A stretch of 64,000 nt of DNA from Microbotryum violaceum (Eukaryota): positions 744,001 to 808,000 of the forward strand of contig CDLV01000012.1 in assembly GCA_001244265.2 (NCBI GenBank), in the 5' to 3' direction. Below the pieces are notes generated by a model. The model saw only the letters and a program-made list of their open reading frames with translations, was not told the DNA's origin and did no database searches. The translations under genes and the position numbers were made by a program. Positions 1 through 12,217 of this stretch are shown one piece after another (position 1 is the first letter of the stretch; the number at the start of each line of letters is the position of its first letter).

Positions 1-2142
1 CCATGTCGACGCCACGACTGCGCTCAAGATTTACAAGACCTTCTGCCGAGACACCGAAAAGGTTGTCGCATACCTTGGGATCGCCAAGAAGCTGCAGCAC
101 GTTACCAACATCCCCATTCCCAATCTTAAACATGTGCGTGTGGGGTGTTTTAGCTTTGAAGATGAGCAGAAATTCGGAGACTGACTCGCCCCCATGTCTC
201 CGTACCAGGCCCCGGTGTCTCTAGTCTCGTCCCTGGAGGAGTACCTCAACGACCCCAACTTTGAGCACAACCGAGAAGAGTACAAGGAGAACAAGCGGAT
301 AGCTGATGGAAAACCTAGATGTGGGTTCTGCCTCGGACTTGCCGATTAGAAGAGCTCAATGCTGAGACGAGGCCGATTGTGCTCTTTCCAGCTTCGTCCA
401 AAGCGCCTGCGACGTCGGCACCATCCGCCGCCACCGCATCCACGTCCGCACCTGCACCCTCTGCTTCGACTTCGTCTGCCACACCATCCTTGAACGAGGC
501 ACCAAAAGCCCCCACGTCCTTCACCGACTTTTTCGAGTCGATCGAGCAATCGCAAACGGCCATGTTCGACCCTTCGACGGGCTCACCGACGCTCAGCTAT
601 TTCCAGCAACAGGCTGTATTCAACCCCTTCGTGCAGAACCAAATGACGGGCATGCAATCGCCCTTCGGCATGGTTCAACCGCAGATGACGGGCTTTCCCG
701 CGCCGAACCCTTTCATGCAACCTCAGTTGACGGGTTTCGTGCAGCCTCAGATGACGGGCTACGTCCAGCCGCAGATGACGGGCATGGCGCCAAATCCGTT
801 CCGACAGAGCATGATGCCGACAGGACAATCGCCATTTGGAGCGTTCGCTGGTGGACAACCCCAATCTCAAATAATGCAACAGCAAGCAACGGGCATGCCC
901 TTCACGGCCCAGGGTGGATCGGGGTTCCTTCATCCGCAAGCGACAGGCGCTGGTCCCTTTGGCAACGGGACTCGACCCATGAGTACTATCACGTCGCAGG
1001 CAACCGGCAGTCCGTTCGGTAACACGGTCCAGCCCGCATCGCCCTTCATGTCGCAAGCCCCGGCGACCCCTTCGTCCCCTTTTGCTCCTCCACAACGAGT
1101 GGCTTCGCCTTTCGGCAACGGCGTGTCCTCGCCGTTCAACTCAACCTCCTCGGCACCCGCCACGGCGCCTCTGCAAGCTCAAAAAACAGGAACCCGGAAT
1201 CCGTTCGCCCCCGCTCCGGGCTCCGTCCCTTCACCCAAACAGCCCCAAGGTCCGAGCATGAATCAGCTTGCGTACAATGCCTTTAACCAGTCGCAGCAAG
1301 CCCAGGCCCAACAGCAACATGAGCAGCAGCAGCAGCAGCCACAAGCACAGCAAAATCAACAGAGCGGGTTCGCCAATGGTACAAATGGATCAGCCTTCCA
1401 ATCATCGCAACCTCCGAGCTCATTTTCGACTGTATTCGGCAACGCGCCGTCAAACCCGACACCATCGGCCCTGACCCCGGTCAAGACGGGCGTGATGGGC
1501 AATGTTGCTTCCGAGTTCGCCTCCTCTTCCTCACCCTTCGGCGCTTCGAGCGGTCAAAATGCGTCCGGAAGCACGTCAACCACCCAATTCTCTTCTTCGT
1601 CTGGCTTCAGCCCCATCTCGACTTCAAACCTGACACCGTTCTCGACCTTTCCTTCCACTTCGGGTCTTCAATCCCCTTCTTCACCGCTGACCTCGCAGCC
1701 CACCGGCTTCGGAGGCTCCACGATGCGCGCCTTCCAACCCACTTCGACCTTTGGCAACGACCTCGCTAAAGAATTTAGCGGGGCCTCATCGGCACCTTTC
1801 CAATCCCAATCGCAAACCGGGAATGGTTCCTCCAACTTCTCGACGTCGAACCAGAACCAGAATCAATTCGGAACGAACTCGACCGGTCGTGCCTCCTCTT
1901 TCGCCACCTCGAACTCTTCATCTTCTGCAATGGCCCCGATCCAAACCCAATCGACGGGATTTAACCCCTTCAGGGGGTCGACACTACCGCCACTTAACTC
2001 GCCCTTGTCGGCGCAGAGGACTGGGTTCCAGCCCTCGAGCGCGTTCGGAGCGAGTCTCGTGGCGGAGAACCGTGGGCAGGGGCAGGGGCAGGGCCAACAG
2101 GTTGGTGGTCCGTCGACGAATGCTTCGCATAATCTAATATAA
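1..2142 (+). CDS. YAP1801: ANTH-domain clathrin adaptor (AP180/Yap180 family), 3' part; gene starts upstream of window
   Basis: Exons read HVDATTALKIYKTFCRDTEKVVAYLGIAKKLQ...IPNLKH / APVSLVSSLEEYLNDPNFE (end of fungal ANTH domain), followed by a long low-complexity tail with many NPF motifs and Q(M/L/A)TG repeats; GT-AG introns near 135-209 and 321-391; stop at 2142. Confidence 0.88.
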
Positions 2143-2170
2143 AGAGTCCCAGCAGGCGTTTAAGATATTA

Positions 2171-2191
2171 AGTAGTAGTAGTAGTAGTAGT
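2171..2191. repeat. (AGT)n microsatellite
   Basis: agtagtagtagtagtagtagt between two convergent genes. Confidence 0.9.
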
Positions 2192-2314
2192 GCGGGGGAA
2201 ATTTCTTGCTGTTCGCGAAGAGCTTCGAAACACCAAGTTGTTTTGCGAAGGGTGCAGAATATGATTTATGAACCTCATTGCAGGGAGATCGGTACAACAA
2301 GTGGATGTAGACAA

Positions 2315-4650
2315 TTATTGACTGGACTGTATATGCTCCGTCCCACCGTCCCCATTCGACATGATCACGTCGAGCGTCGCCGCCGTCGGTCTGAGATCGC
2401 TCATCATCCCATTCGGGACCGAGGACCCGTTCACTTCGTGAGCTACCCCGGCCGCCTCTTTAGCGTTCAAACTACCCGTATCGACGAGGAACTCGAAAAC
2501 CCTTTCAACTTTTTCCCCCCATTCGTCCTCGACTTCAATCCCGTTTTGCATCGTCACGTCCTCCTCCTCCCCTTCGACGACGGCCATCGTTCCGTCCTCG
2601 CCCATGACAAAGCTCGAAGGAAGTTTCGGCTTCTTGACAATGAAGTCCCTCGCTTCGCGACTGGTCATTTGCGCGCCTCTCCGAGCCCATTCCCTCAACA
2701 AGGTCTCTTTGAGGAACAAGTAGGGTTTGGGAAGGATCCTCAAGGTCGAACAGAGTTGTTGTTCCAAAACGGTCAAAAGGTGTAAGGAGGAGGCACTGGC
2801 GAGTGTCAAAGCGGGAGGCGTCGATGTCGGAGGACGGGAGGGTGCGCCACTGATGGCAGGTTTGAAGATGGTCGGTGTGGCGGACAGTATCCCATTCCTC
2901 GATCGACTCAAATGACCCAAAGGATCCCGGTAACCCAACCTCGCCGCTCGTTGCGCTTTCGCATGCTCGTATCGTTCGCCATCCGCGATCGAGGTGACGC
3001 CCATGCGGCGGTATTCCTGAAGTTCAGAGATGCGCTTTCGAAGGGCCGCTTCGTGCAAGAGTCCGTCGACGAAGGTCTCGTGGTCCAGAGCGGTTTGAAT
3101 TTTAGCGTAAGGTTTGGCGCGCAGGATCAAGTCGCGTTCTTCTTTGGTCCGTTTGCGTTCGTTGACGACGATCTACGGAAAGGGTCACGACTCTATGATT
3201 AGCCAATGGTATGTTGATCATAATGCTCTCTGTGGGTGGCAACAACTCGCCTGCTTGTAATTGATCAAGCCACGATCGGCAATGAGCTCCTTGGCGGCCA
3301 TGCGCTTGTCGTACCGCTCGTTGAACATGTCCAATAAAGTCAACTTGAGCTCGAGGTCCTCCTGCGCCTCGTTGCCGGGTGCTTGGCCCATCAGGGGTGT
3401 TTCATCGTCTTTGGTCGTCTTGTCGGCGGTCGAAGTGGGTTCTTCTGCTTCTACTTCGGCTTCTGGCTCTGCTTCTACTACGTCGGCCTCCTCGGTCGCT
3501 TCCCCTTTGATGAGCTTGGGCTCTTCGTCTGCCTGTGCTGCGGTCTCTTCGACGACTCTTGCTTCTGACCCTGCTTCGTCCTCTTTGTTGTCCTTCTCAT
3601 TCTCCTCCGTCCCTGTAGCTTCCTTGTCTTCTACAACAGGTACCTTTCTCCCACCTTCAATCGCCTGTACTTCCTCCAAGCTCGCCGGTTGGGCCGCTCC
3701 ACCGAACGCGTAGACCTTGCCGAATTCCAAATCCTTGATCAACAACTCGGCCTCGTTCTCGTACTCGGTCTCGAACTCCAAACGACCGGGCATGAATCCG
3801 CCGATCTCGTGGCAGGTCGGGGCCGAAGCCATGGGTTTCGGTGGGGGTAGAGCTGAGGTTGAAGGGAGGGTTTTCGTTCGTTTCAGGTTTCAGCTTGTGA
3901 GAATGGGGTCTTGATGAGGTAGGAATTGGGGGACTTACGAACAGGTCGGGATTGTAATTCTTGCAACCTCGCCTTTTTCCTCTTTTGAAACGCCTCTTGA
4001 TCGTCCGACAAGTCAGAGGCGATCGTCTGGGGTTGAAAGCGACAATCGTCAGGGTCGGTATCGGGTTCGTGCTCGAGAGAGAAATCGATGAGTTGTGCAC
4101 AACCCACGGGCAAAGGGTACTCGGTTGACCAAACATAAGTGTCCATGTAGTGTCGTTCGCATTCCTCCTTGGTGCGCCCTCCGACATGTTCGGCCATGTC
4201 GGCCCAACTTCCGAGACCGTACATCTCGGCGCCTTCGATCAGGAGCAGTTCCTCGTCGGCGCCCCAGTCGTTGGTGAAGATGGGGAACGCATGGGACGAG
4301 ATGATGCGGTACGCGTGGTGTGATCGATGCGGTCCGACTGCTTTGCCCGACAGAAAGCACTGCGGGGTGGTGTTTTCAAGGTCAGCGTCGTGTCGTTCGG
4401 TGCGCGGCGGGCGACAAGGGCAGTCTACGTCGCCGCGACCTACGGGCACACACAGATCGAAATCGGGACAGGTGAGACGTTCCGGGTTCGACGTGAGGGT
4501 CTCGGCGCATCGTACATGGACCGAGTGTGTGATGTCGGCCGAACACGAGTCGCACGAGGCCTTCATTCCGCTCTCGAGCGCTGGGATCGACGCGACCGCA
4601 TCCGGACCACCCGTATCACGAGGCTTTTGCTTGCGTTTGGTCACTGTCAT
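2315..4650 (-). CDS. ADA2: Transcriptional adaptor ADA2 (SAGA complex), multi-exon
   Basis: ZZ finger ([16 protein letters not shown]...CPDFDLCV), SANT ([30 protein letters not shown]), [22 protein letters not shown] and SWIRM-like [17 protein letters not shown]. Confidence 0.95.
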
Positions 4651-4893
4651 CCCTGGCTCAGCCTCAGCGTCAGCGTGCGACGGTCAGCGGTCAGCGGTCG
4701 TGCCGGCAAAGAGGAGGTGTCGGTCTGGATGAGGCCAGGTCGGCAATCTCAATCGAGAGCAAGGTGTTGGGTGAGATCTGAAAAGTGGAGGTTTTACGCG
4801 GACGCGCACGATCAAGCGTTGCAAGACCCGGTCATCGTTTGCTCTCCCACACTCCCCTACCACGGTTGTTGCTCATTCGTTGCTATACTCAAC

Positions 4894-5532
4894 ATGCGCA
4901 TGGTCAGCCTATTGTGTGTGAATTTCTCTCTCCCACGGGGCCTGACCTGACCTCCCCCTTTCCCTCGGTACATGCAGCTCGACCAGGACGTGTCCGACTC
5001 GACCGCGAATGACGATACACCGGTCACGCTCGAGGACCAGACCCGCATCAACCAGTTCTCCCAACTGAATGCCCGCTACGACGAGTTGACCGAGCGCCTC
5101 GAGGTCGTCCAAAAGGAACTCGAGGACGTCGAGGAGCTCGAACCCGAGTTGGAACTGATGGATGACGAGGAAGAGGTCATGTGAGCCGCAACCGCCCGGC
5201 GTACGCTTACTTGCGTTTGCCTCGACTGATCCTGTAGAACCCTACTCTGCAGGTACAAGCTCGATTCGTCGTTCCTACGGTTACCGGCATCCGAGGTGTT
5301 GACACTGCTGCAGAGCTCGCTCGAAAAACTCAACGCCGAAGCCGCGACACTGCGAAGCGAGAGGGAAGAATGCGATCAGGGCATGACCAAACTCAAGGGA
5401 TTGCTCTATGCCAAGTTTGGCAGTCAGTACACTCACTCGGCCTGGCCAGACCGCCGCCTGCAGAGAGTGGGATTGAACTGACTTCGGCCCCTTTTTCGCT
5501 CAGACTCGATCAATCTCGAACGAGGCGATTGA
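4894..5532 (+). CDS. GIM3: Prefoldin subunit 4, multi-exon
   Basis: First exon MRM, then VTLEDQTRINQFSQLNAR..., YKLDSSFLRL, MTKLKGLLYAKFG / NSINLERGD*, which match PFDN4. Confidence 0.92.
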
Positions 5533-5946
5533 TTACCCCACGGGGCAGTGGACTATTGGAAAGGGATCGTGCCGTAATTCCGCATCTTGTATTTGTAATT
5601 CATGAACAATGCATCCCTCCGTCTTGCCGAGCCAAGCCGACCCTCCGAGCTAAACACTGCCGGCCTGAGCTCGGCTTGAGCTGGGCCTGAGCTGGGCCCC
5701 ACTTGACCGCTCTTTGCTCGCAGCCGCGCCCTTCTGGAAACCCCGGTTTGCCACCTCAACTGAGCGCAGAGCCCTTCACCGCATTCGACAGTCAACACCG
5801 TGGCGACAGTGAACCTCAAATCGCGTCGTGGTCTGCTGCTGCTCCCCACTGTCGTTTCAGTGTCAGCTCACTGCTCCCCATCGTTGCCCTTTGTCGCTCT
5901 TTGTCGTCATCGTCATCGGCTCCAGCTCGGTCCCTTCTGCCGCCAC

Positions 5947-6851
5947 ATGTCGACGTTCGCCCACCTCCCCTGGGACATTCAGCAATTCCTCGCCGTACCC
6001 GTACCGACGGCCGAGTCCGAGTCCGCCACCTCCTTAACGACCGTCCCCTCCTCCCGTGTGCTCTGCTTCTACCAAAACCACCTCCCCGCCCTCCCCAGTC
6101 GATACCACCTCGACGACCACCACACCCACCTCTCCCACAACTATGCTCAACTCGAATCGAACCATTCCTTCATCCAATGGTGGTTCCCACTCCGAACACC
6201 AGGCGTAAACGCTCAAGCACCATTACTCACGTCGAACCCAAGAGAACTCATCGCTTTGAGGACCGATCCGGGAGTGCAACGTCGTTTTAGGAAGAGTTTC
6301 GAGATCATGTTGGATTTTTATGGGTTCGAATTGGACGATTTCGATGCGGGAACGATCAAGAGAAGTGAAAACTATGAAGCGAGGTATCGTAATCTGGTTA
6401 AGAACAGTCATAATTGGTTACGCGTATCGAGGATCCTCAAAAGTTGTGCAGAGGTACGTGACCTTCCCCGATCGTAAGAGAAAAGAGAGAGAAAAAAATG
6501 CAGGAAGAATAGACTCCCCCGCCCCCCTTCTTCTTGTAACTCACTTGTTACTCCTCCTGAACCCCACACCAGTTTGGCCTCGAATACCTCAACGCAGCTC
6601 TACTCCTCTTCATCCTCGTCGAACAAAACCCGTCCTCCCCGAACGGACTCTTGAACGACCGAGGCTTGATCCGGTCGATGGACCAATACTGGAGGTATTG
6701 CATTCGCAATCACGAGGAAAGGGACTGGGTTGTCAGAGTAATCGATGAGGTTCGAACAGGGCAGAGGGAATGGACGCAGACCGAGTACGAGGAGGCGATT
6801 TGGAGGAGGAAGGTGACGGGCAGTTTCAGGGAGGACGTACAGGCGAATTGA
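5947..6851 (+). CDS. Opioid growth factor receptor (OGFr) conserved-region protein
   Basis: YAQLESNHSFIQWWFPLRTPGVNAQAPLLT, MLDFYGFEL and HNWLRVSRILKS are OGFr_N hallmarks; one intron at ~6453-6571. Confidence 0.88.
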
Positions 6852-7062
6852 GAGTACGGTTCGGGTTCAGACTAAATAGACGAGGTAAAGGACATTGCAA
6901 TGCAACCGGGTTTCGTATCAGACTCACAAATTTTACAAAAGACAAATTTTCAGACGTTCAAACTCAACAAGCAAGACAAAAACCAAACACAAGAGCAAAC
7001 TGATCACCATCGCAAAACTGAAAACTCGTCGCCACTCCAGACATCGATACCCCACTGCGGCC

Positions 7063-10000
7063 TCAGGCAAGCTGAGTCCAATTCAAAGGCCAGCCTGGAT
7101 CCGGTACGCCGACCATCCATTCTCCTGCTGGACCACCGAACCAATCCGCATTCGCATTCGTCGACGGCGTCGGCGTCATCCCTTCGCCCGCTGCACCCCC
7201 CGTCCCGTTCCACTCGGGCCAAATCACGTCCTTCTCCCCTGGTAATAAGGCCCCTGCACCTGAAGGAGGCTTGGAAAAGGACGTCATCGAGGCTGAGAGG
7301 GCTTGTTGTTGCGCTGTGAAATTCGAAGGGGATGGTGATGGGAGGGATGTGGGAAGTGGCGGAGGAGCCATCGAGAATTCGGTATCCGGTCGAGCGAAGG
7401 TGACCCCGGGTAAAGTCGGAGGGTAGTGGCCCGAATTGTAAATCGATGTCCGGAGTTGGATCGGTCCCGAGGTTTGGGGTGACTCGGGTTTAGGAAAGCG
7501 GAGGTTGTGGAAGTTCGAGCTTGGGCTCTCGTCGAACGCCGTAGGGTTGTTGACGTCGGCCGAAGGGGAAGGAGCGTAGACAGAGGCAATGTATTGATCC
7601 TTAGCGATGCTATTGGTTTGATCGTGTATAAGATCAGAGTGTGTTTCCTTGTGTGGCTCTCTCTGTCATCTTCGTCGAAAACATACCGAAGCAAATTCGT
7701 GAACCGAACTCCTCCAGCGCACTGCGACTGCCGTTCAATGAGGTCATTCACATCCTTGACGATCTCCTCGGGACTGATTGACGCTTCGGGATAGACCTTG
7801 GCCAACTTCAGCAACAACATCGCCGCGAACGAGAGGTCGACCCTCATCAAGTAACCCGAGTACTTGAGCGAGGCCGCGTACGCAGGCGAGTGCAACACGG
7901 TGCGGATCATGGTCCGCGCGGAGATGAGCGCTTGATGACCGACGTCGATCAGTTCGGGCGAGCCGTTTGGGCTCAGGAGGCGTTGACCTAGAATGTTGGC
8001 GGGCAGGAAAAAGTACGCTTCTTGCAGATGGCGCATGTGCGATCGCCGCCGCCAGGATAGGGGTGAGGGCTCATGCACGGCTATGCAACCGTGGAGTTCA
8101 CAATTTAGTGATGTGCGTCGATTCATAGGAACTTGATGCAGGCTTACCTAGCAGTGTATCATAATCGGCATGCCATCTCGTCAAAGCTTCCCGGGTTTCT
8201 CTAATGTACGCCAAGTGTTTGAAGACGTCTTGTTCACGCGCGAGCGTTCGACCCGTTTCCATGATGCCGCGTTCGATGAAAGTAAGTTTCAGATTGGCCA
8301 CAGTCCGAAGGTCTGCGCAGGAACAAACCCATTTTCTCAGTTGAGGACATTGCTTGTCGCTCCGAGCGTCCCCACGTACCGTTCTTTATGGAGAAGGGCA
8401 TTTGCAACAATCGATCGGCATTGCCGCGGAGTACATCAACGTCTTGCTGACGAAGTATGATCATACGATCCGTACATCGACTATGTCTGGATGCGACAGT
8501 ACGCAGATCGTGAGGACCCAATTCTCCGCACCCCACTTTTCTCCCCCGAGCGCCTCGGATCAACTTACTTGAACTCCAGGAACACGCAATACAGCCATGT
8601 CCTCAACTGCACCGTCAACTGCCTCGCTCGCTCGTCCTTGAGATCCCACCCTCGCGCGTCGATTTGAGCAAATGTCGTATCCAACCGTGCGGACAGGGCC
8701 AGGCGCAACGCGAACCCGGAAAGGATGTACGGTTCATCGTGCCAACAGGCCATGATGAGTAACGCCTGGATGCATTCGACCGGCGGGGACGGGTCAAAGA
8801 TGAAACCCCTGACCGTCTCTCGCACGTGTTCGGCAACTTGCAACAGTTGCTTCGAGGCGGCCGCGTTTCCTTCCTGTGCGCGCAATCCCGTGTATATGAT
8901 GACGTCGAAGAGGAAATGGTGCTGGCGCAGGGTGAAGAAGGTGTCGTGGTCCGGGTCGAGAATCGCACAAAACGGATGAAGCTCCTTATGATGAAAGAGA
9001 ACTAAGGCCCTTGCCTCTCGATCACTGACATAACCCTTGGCGACAACATCGTGTTGCGGTGCCGAGGCCTCGCTCGTGATCCCGCCGATGTCCGAATGTC
9101 GACTGCGCTTCTTGGGTCGGTGCGATCCCCCTTCCTCGCCATCTGGACCCGGGTTGCTCTGGTTCCCTTGATTTTCGCTCTGACCTTCCGTCTGCCCTTC
9201 CTTGCCCGTTCCTCCTTCCTCGCCCGAGTTCAATTGATCGGCCGCATCGGCGAGGGCCTGGATCGGGGCGTGCAAGCGAGAGGCGAAGCGATCGATATTT
9301 TGGTTCGGCTGAGGGTCGACCGCGACGGACGCGAGGGCCTCGAGCCGACTCGAAGCGCTCGGATTCGGACTCGCGGTCATTGCTTTGGGGCTGGGGTCGC
9401 TATGCAGACTCGGTGCGTGAGGCGGTATGGAGGCTAGACCGTGGTGGGAGAAATTTGGAAGGGTGGGGGCCGAGTGGGAAGCGGCGTGCAGATGGGACAG
9501 CGCCAATGCCGGAGGTGTCTGGGCTGGGTGAGTTGACGGACTGTTGCCATTTTTAAGCCATGTCAAGATCTCGGATAACGTGCCTGCGCGATAGAACCCC
9601 AAAATATCATGAGGACCTCTCGCTTCCGAAATTGAGCCTCGAGATTAGTACCGACGAGAGATGCCGACGTACTCGAGACCTGGCCGACGCTCTGGACGAG
9701 AGTATCCATCCTTCTCTCTTGTGTCGATACGGTTGCTTCGATCGCTGATAGTCGGTTCAGTCCACTGTTGCCGACCGGGATGAGCCCGGATCAGCACCTA
9801 CATTGGCGAGGAAACACTGGATGCGCTGAGAACGGATCCCTGGGTGATCATCTCGCCCGACTCCGGACGGGGATATATCGAGTCATCCCGAGTCGAGTCG
9901 GATCCGACTCCCTATCTTCAGTTATTTGCTCCTAGAAGACTCACGCATCGTCGACGATCGAGCTCGCCGGTCGATCAAAGGTGCAGACCAGGCCCGATGC

Positions 10001-10279
10001 CTCGCAGCGCTTACAGCCATTCTTGTCCGTTTCGGAGGGGTGGCACGTCTTTTTCAGCCGACGACACGTCACGCCTGGGATTAAGTGAGGCATCAATTGA
10101 TCAGTACCTCGTCCCTGGCCACAGTCAAACTCGCCATAGCTCGTGCTCCGCTACTGTCCGGCGAACCGAGCGCGGATCCGGGCATAGCGACCGGAAGACT
10201 CACACGCTCGTGCACCACGTTTGGCGGGCTGTCGACACACGCCAGACGAGTGGAACGCCGCTCCTTCGTCCACGTCCAT
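7063..10279 (-). CDS. Zn(II)2Cys6 fungal transcription factor (priB-like), multi-exon
   Basis: Spliced N-terminus RGARACVTCRRLKKTCHPSETDKNGCKRCEASGLVCTF (C-x2-C-x6-C-x9-C-x2-C-x6-C); middle homology region (VECIQALLIMACW...LRTWLYC) in ORF 8565-9602. Confidence 0.9.
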
Positions 10280-10787
10280 CGCGTCCGAGCTCAACTTCTA
10301 GGTACGAGGGGCAGGAGATCGAATCTGGTGGCGAGCCCCGGTGACGGTGAAAGCCACAGTCGAGCGGCGTCGCATGTCCGACAGAGTCCGACCGCCACTT
10401 TGGTACTTACTACGTGGGGCACGCGCCTATTTAGTACGCCCTCCGGGAACAACGAGCCAAGTAAAGCGGCCAAAGCGGTCCGCTCATCCGCTCGCCGACA
10501 TTCCAAGCTTGAGGCTCTGGCTGGCGAGGGGCCTACCAGCAATTTAAGCGTATGCCAGGTCGCCGTCTGACGAAACTCACGGCCTGGAACATCATAGGTG
10601 GCTAGCAAGTATTCCATTTCACATGGCAGCTTCCAGTTCCACTGTACCGGGCAACACGCTTTTTCCCACGGGAGCCCTTGCTCCTCTTTCACCTTTGAGA
10701 ATCTTCACTCCGTCGGATCAGACCATCTCAAAGCGCGGCCTTGTGCTTTCCACCGGGCACAGTGCCCTGGTCCGTCTTCTTTTGGCT

Positions 10788-11955
10788 TCAAAGCTGGATG
10801 TTGTGTGAGATGAGCTCAATCCAGTACCCATCCGGGTCGAGAATGAAGGCGATGTTCTTCATCTTGCCGTCCTCGGGGCGCTTCTTGAAGGGTACGCCGA
10901 GCTCGATCAAACGCGCCACTTCGTCCTCGAGCGAGTCGGCGGTGTAGCAGATGTGGCCAAAGCCGCGTCCGGGGTCAGAGTTGCCGTTCGCGTAGCCCTT
11001 GAACTCGGGGTCACTACGTATGAGAAAGTCTCAGCGTCAGAACGCTCGGGAGCCATCTGAAAGTGGGGCACAAAAACTCACGATTCGGTTCTGGCAGAAT
11101 GTGTCCGCGGTGGTTGACGCAAAGTCAGCTTCATCATCTTTCTGAGCACTAAATTTGACAAAATGGTAAACTCTCACCCCCAGTTGTGGCACAACTCGAG
11201 AACACCTTCGCGGCCAAACTTGCTCTTGGACTTTTCCTCCTTGCTCATCTTGGAGTAATCGACGCCTTCCTGAGGGAACGCGAGGAACTAGAGTGTGTAG
11301 GAAGAGAAAATACACAAGTTAGACTGCCTTCCCAAAGCTTTGGATTGCACGAGACGCGATGGGGCCCCCTCACGTAGTTGGTAAAGTCTCCGCCAGGGTG
11401 CTCGGCGAGCAACTCCATGCCCAAAATTTCGGTGTAGAACTTGAGCGAGACCTGAAGGTGACAACGTTCTACATCAGCTCAAACGTTCTTGCAGGGTGCT
11501 GGTGCAACGGGCCTTGACCACTCACCTTGGGGTCGCGGACTGAGGTCGAGGAAGGTCATATCAAGCGGATCGTCGCGTGGGAGTGGGTGAGCTACACCGT
11601 CAAGTCTACTTCATTCTCGTCATTTTTGGCTTACTGCGGAACATGGTGTGATCTTTAACGGAGCAAAAATGTAGGAGTAGGTTAGCGATGCAGCACTTCG
11701 CGGGCTGAGATGTGGGTCTCGTGCTGCCGCTGCCGCTCTGCAGGATGACGTTCTAGTTCGATGCCCCACATCCGATCGCCAACCCCCTCCCCGTCCCTGA
11801 ACCGGAAAGACGCAGGTAGAAATAGCAAGACACCACACTCCCTCAGGCAACTTACTGAGTCGACGGGTAGGCATTTCGGAAGAGGCTGTTATGTGGAAGG
11901 ACCGGGCGACTTGACGTGTAGGAGCTGCGAGCGAGTGGAGCAACGATCGAAGCAT
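10788..11955 (-). CDS. GLO1: Lactoylglutathione lyase (glyoxalase I), single-domain, many small exons
   Basis: Spliced [49 protein letters not shown] and [20 protein letters not shown]. Confidence 0.93.
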
Positions 11956-12217
11956 TTGGCAGGAAGGAGCTGATGTCCTGACCCCGCGCGCCCGGCTATT
12001 ATCTTCAAGGCCGACGAATCCCAGACCTGAGTGCCTCACAAATGATCAGGTATACACCTGCAAAGTTTGCAATCACAGAAGAATCAACGGGACGCTATTA
12101 AAAATTATATCGTAAATGTCCGTGCAAACTGTCCATGCGATGCAATGTACAGTGATGCAAAAACAAATGTCCGTTTGCTGCGCTGCCAGAGGTAGATTAA
12201 TCGTGATAGACAGGGTC

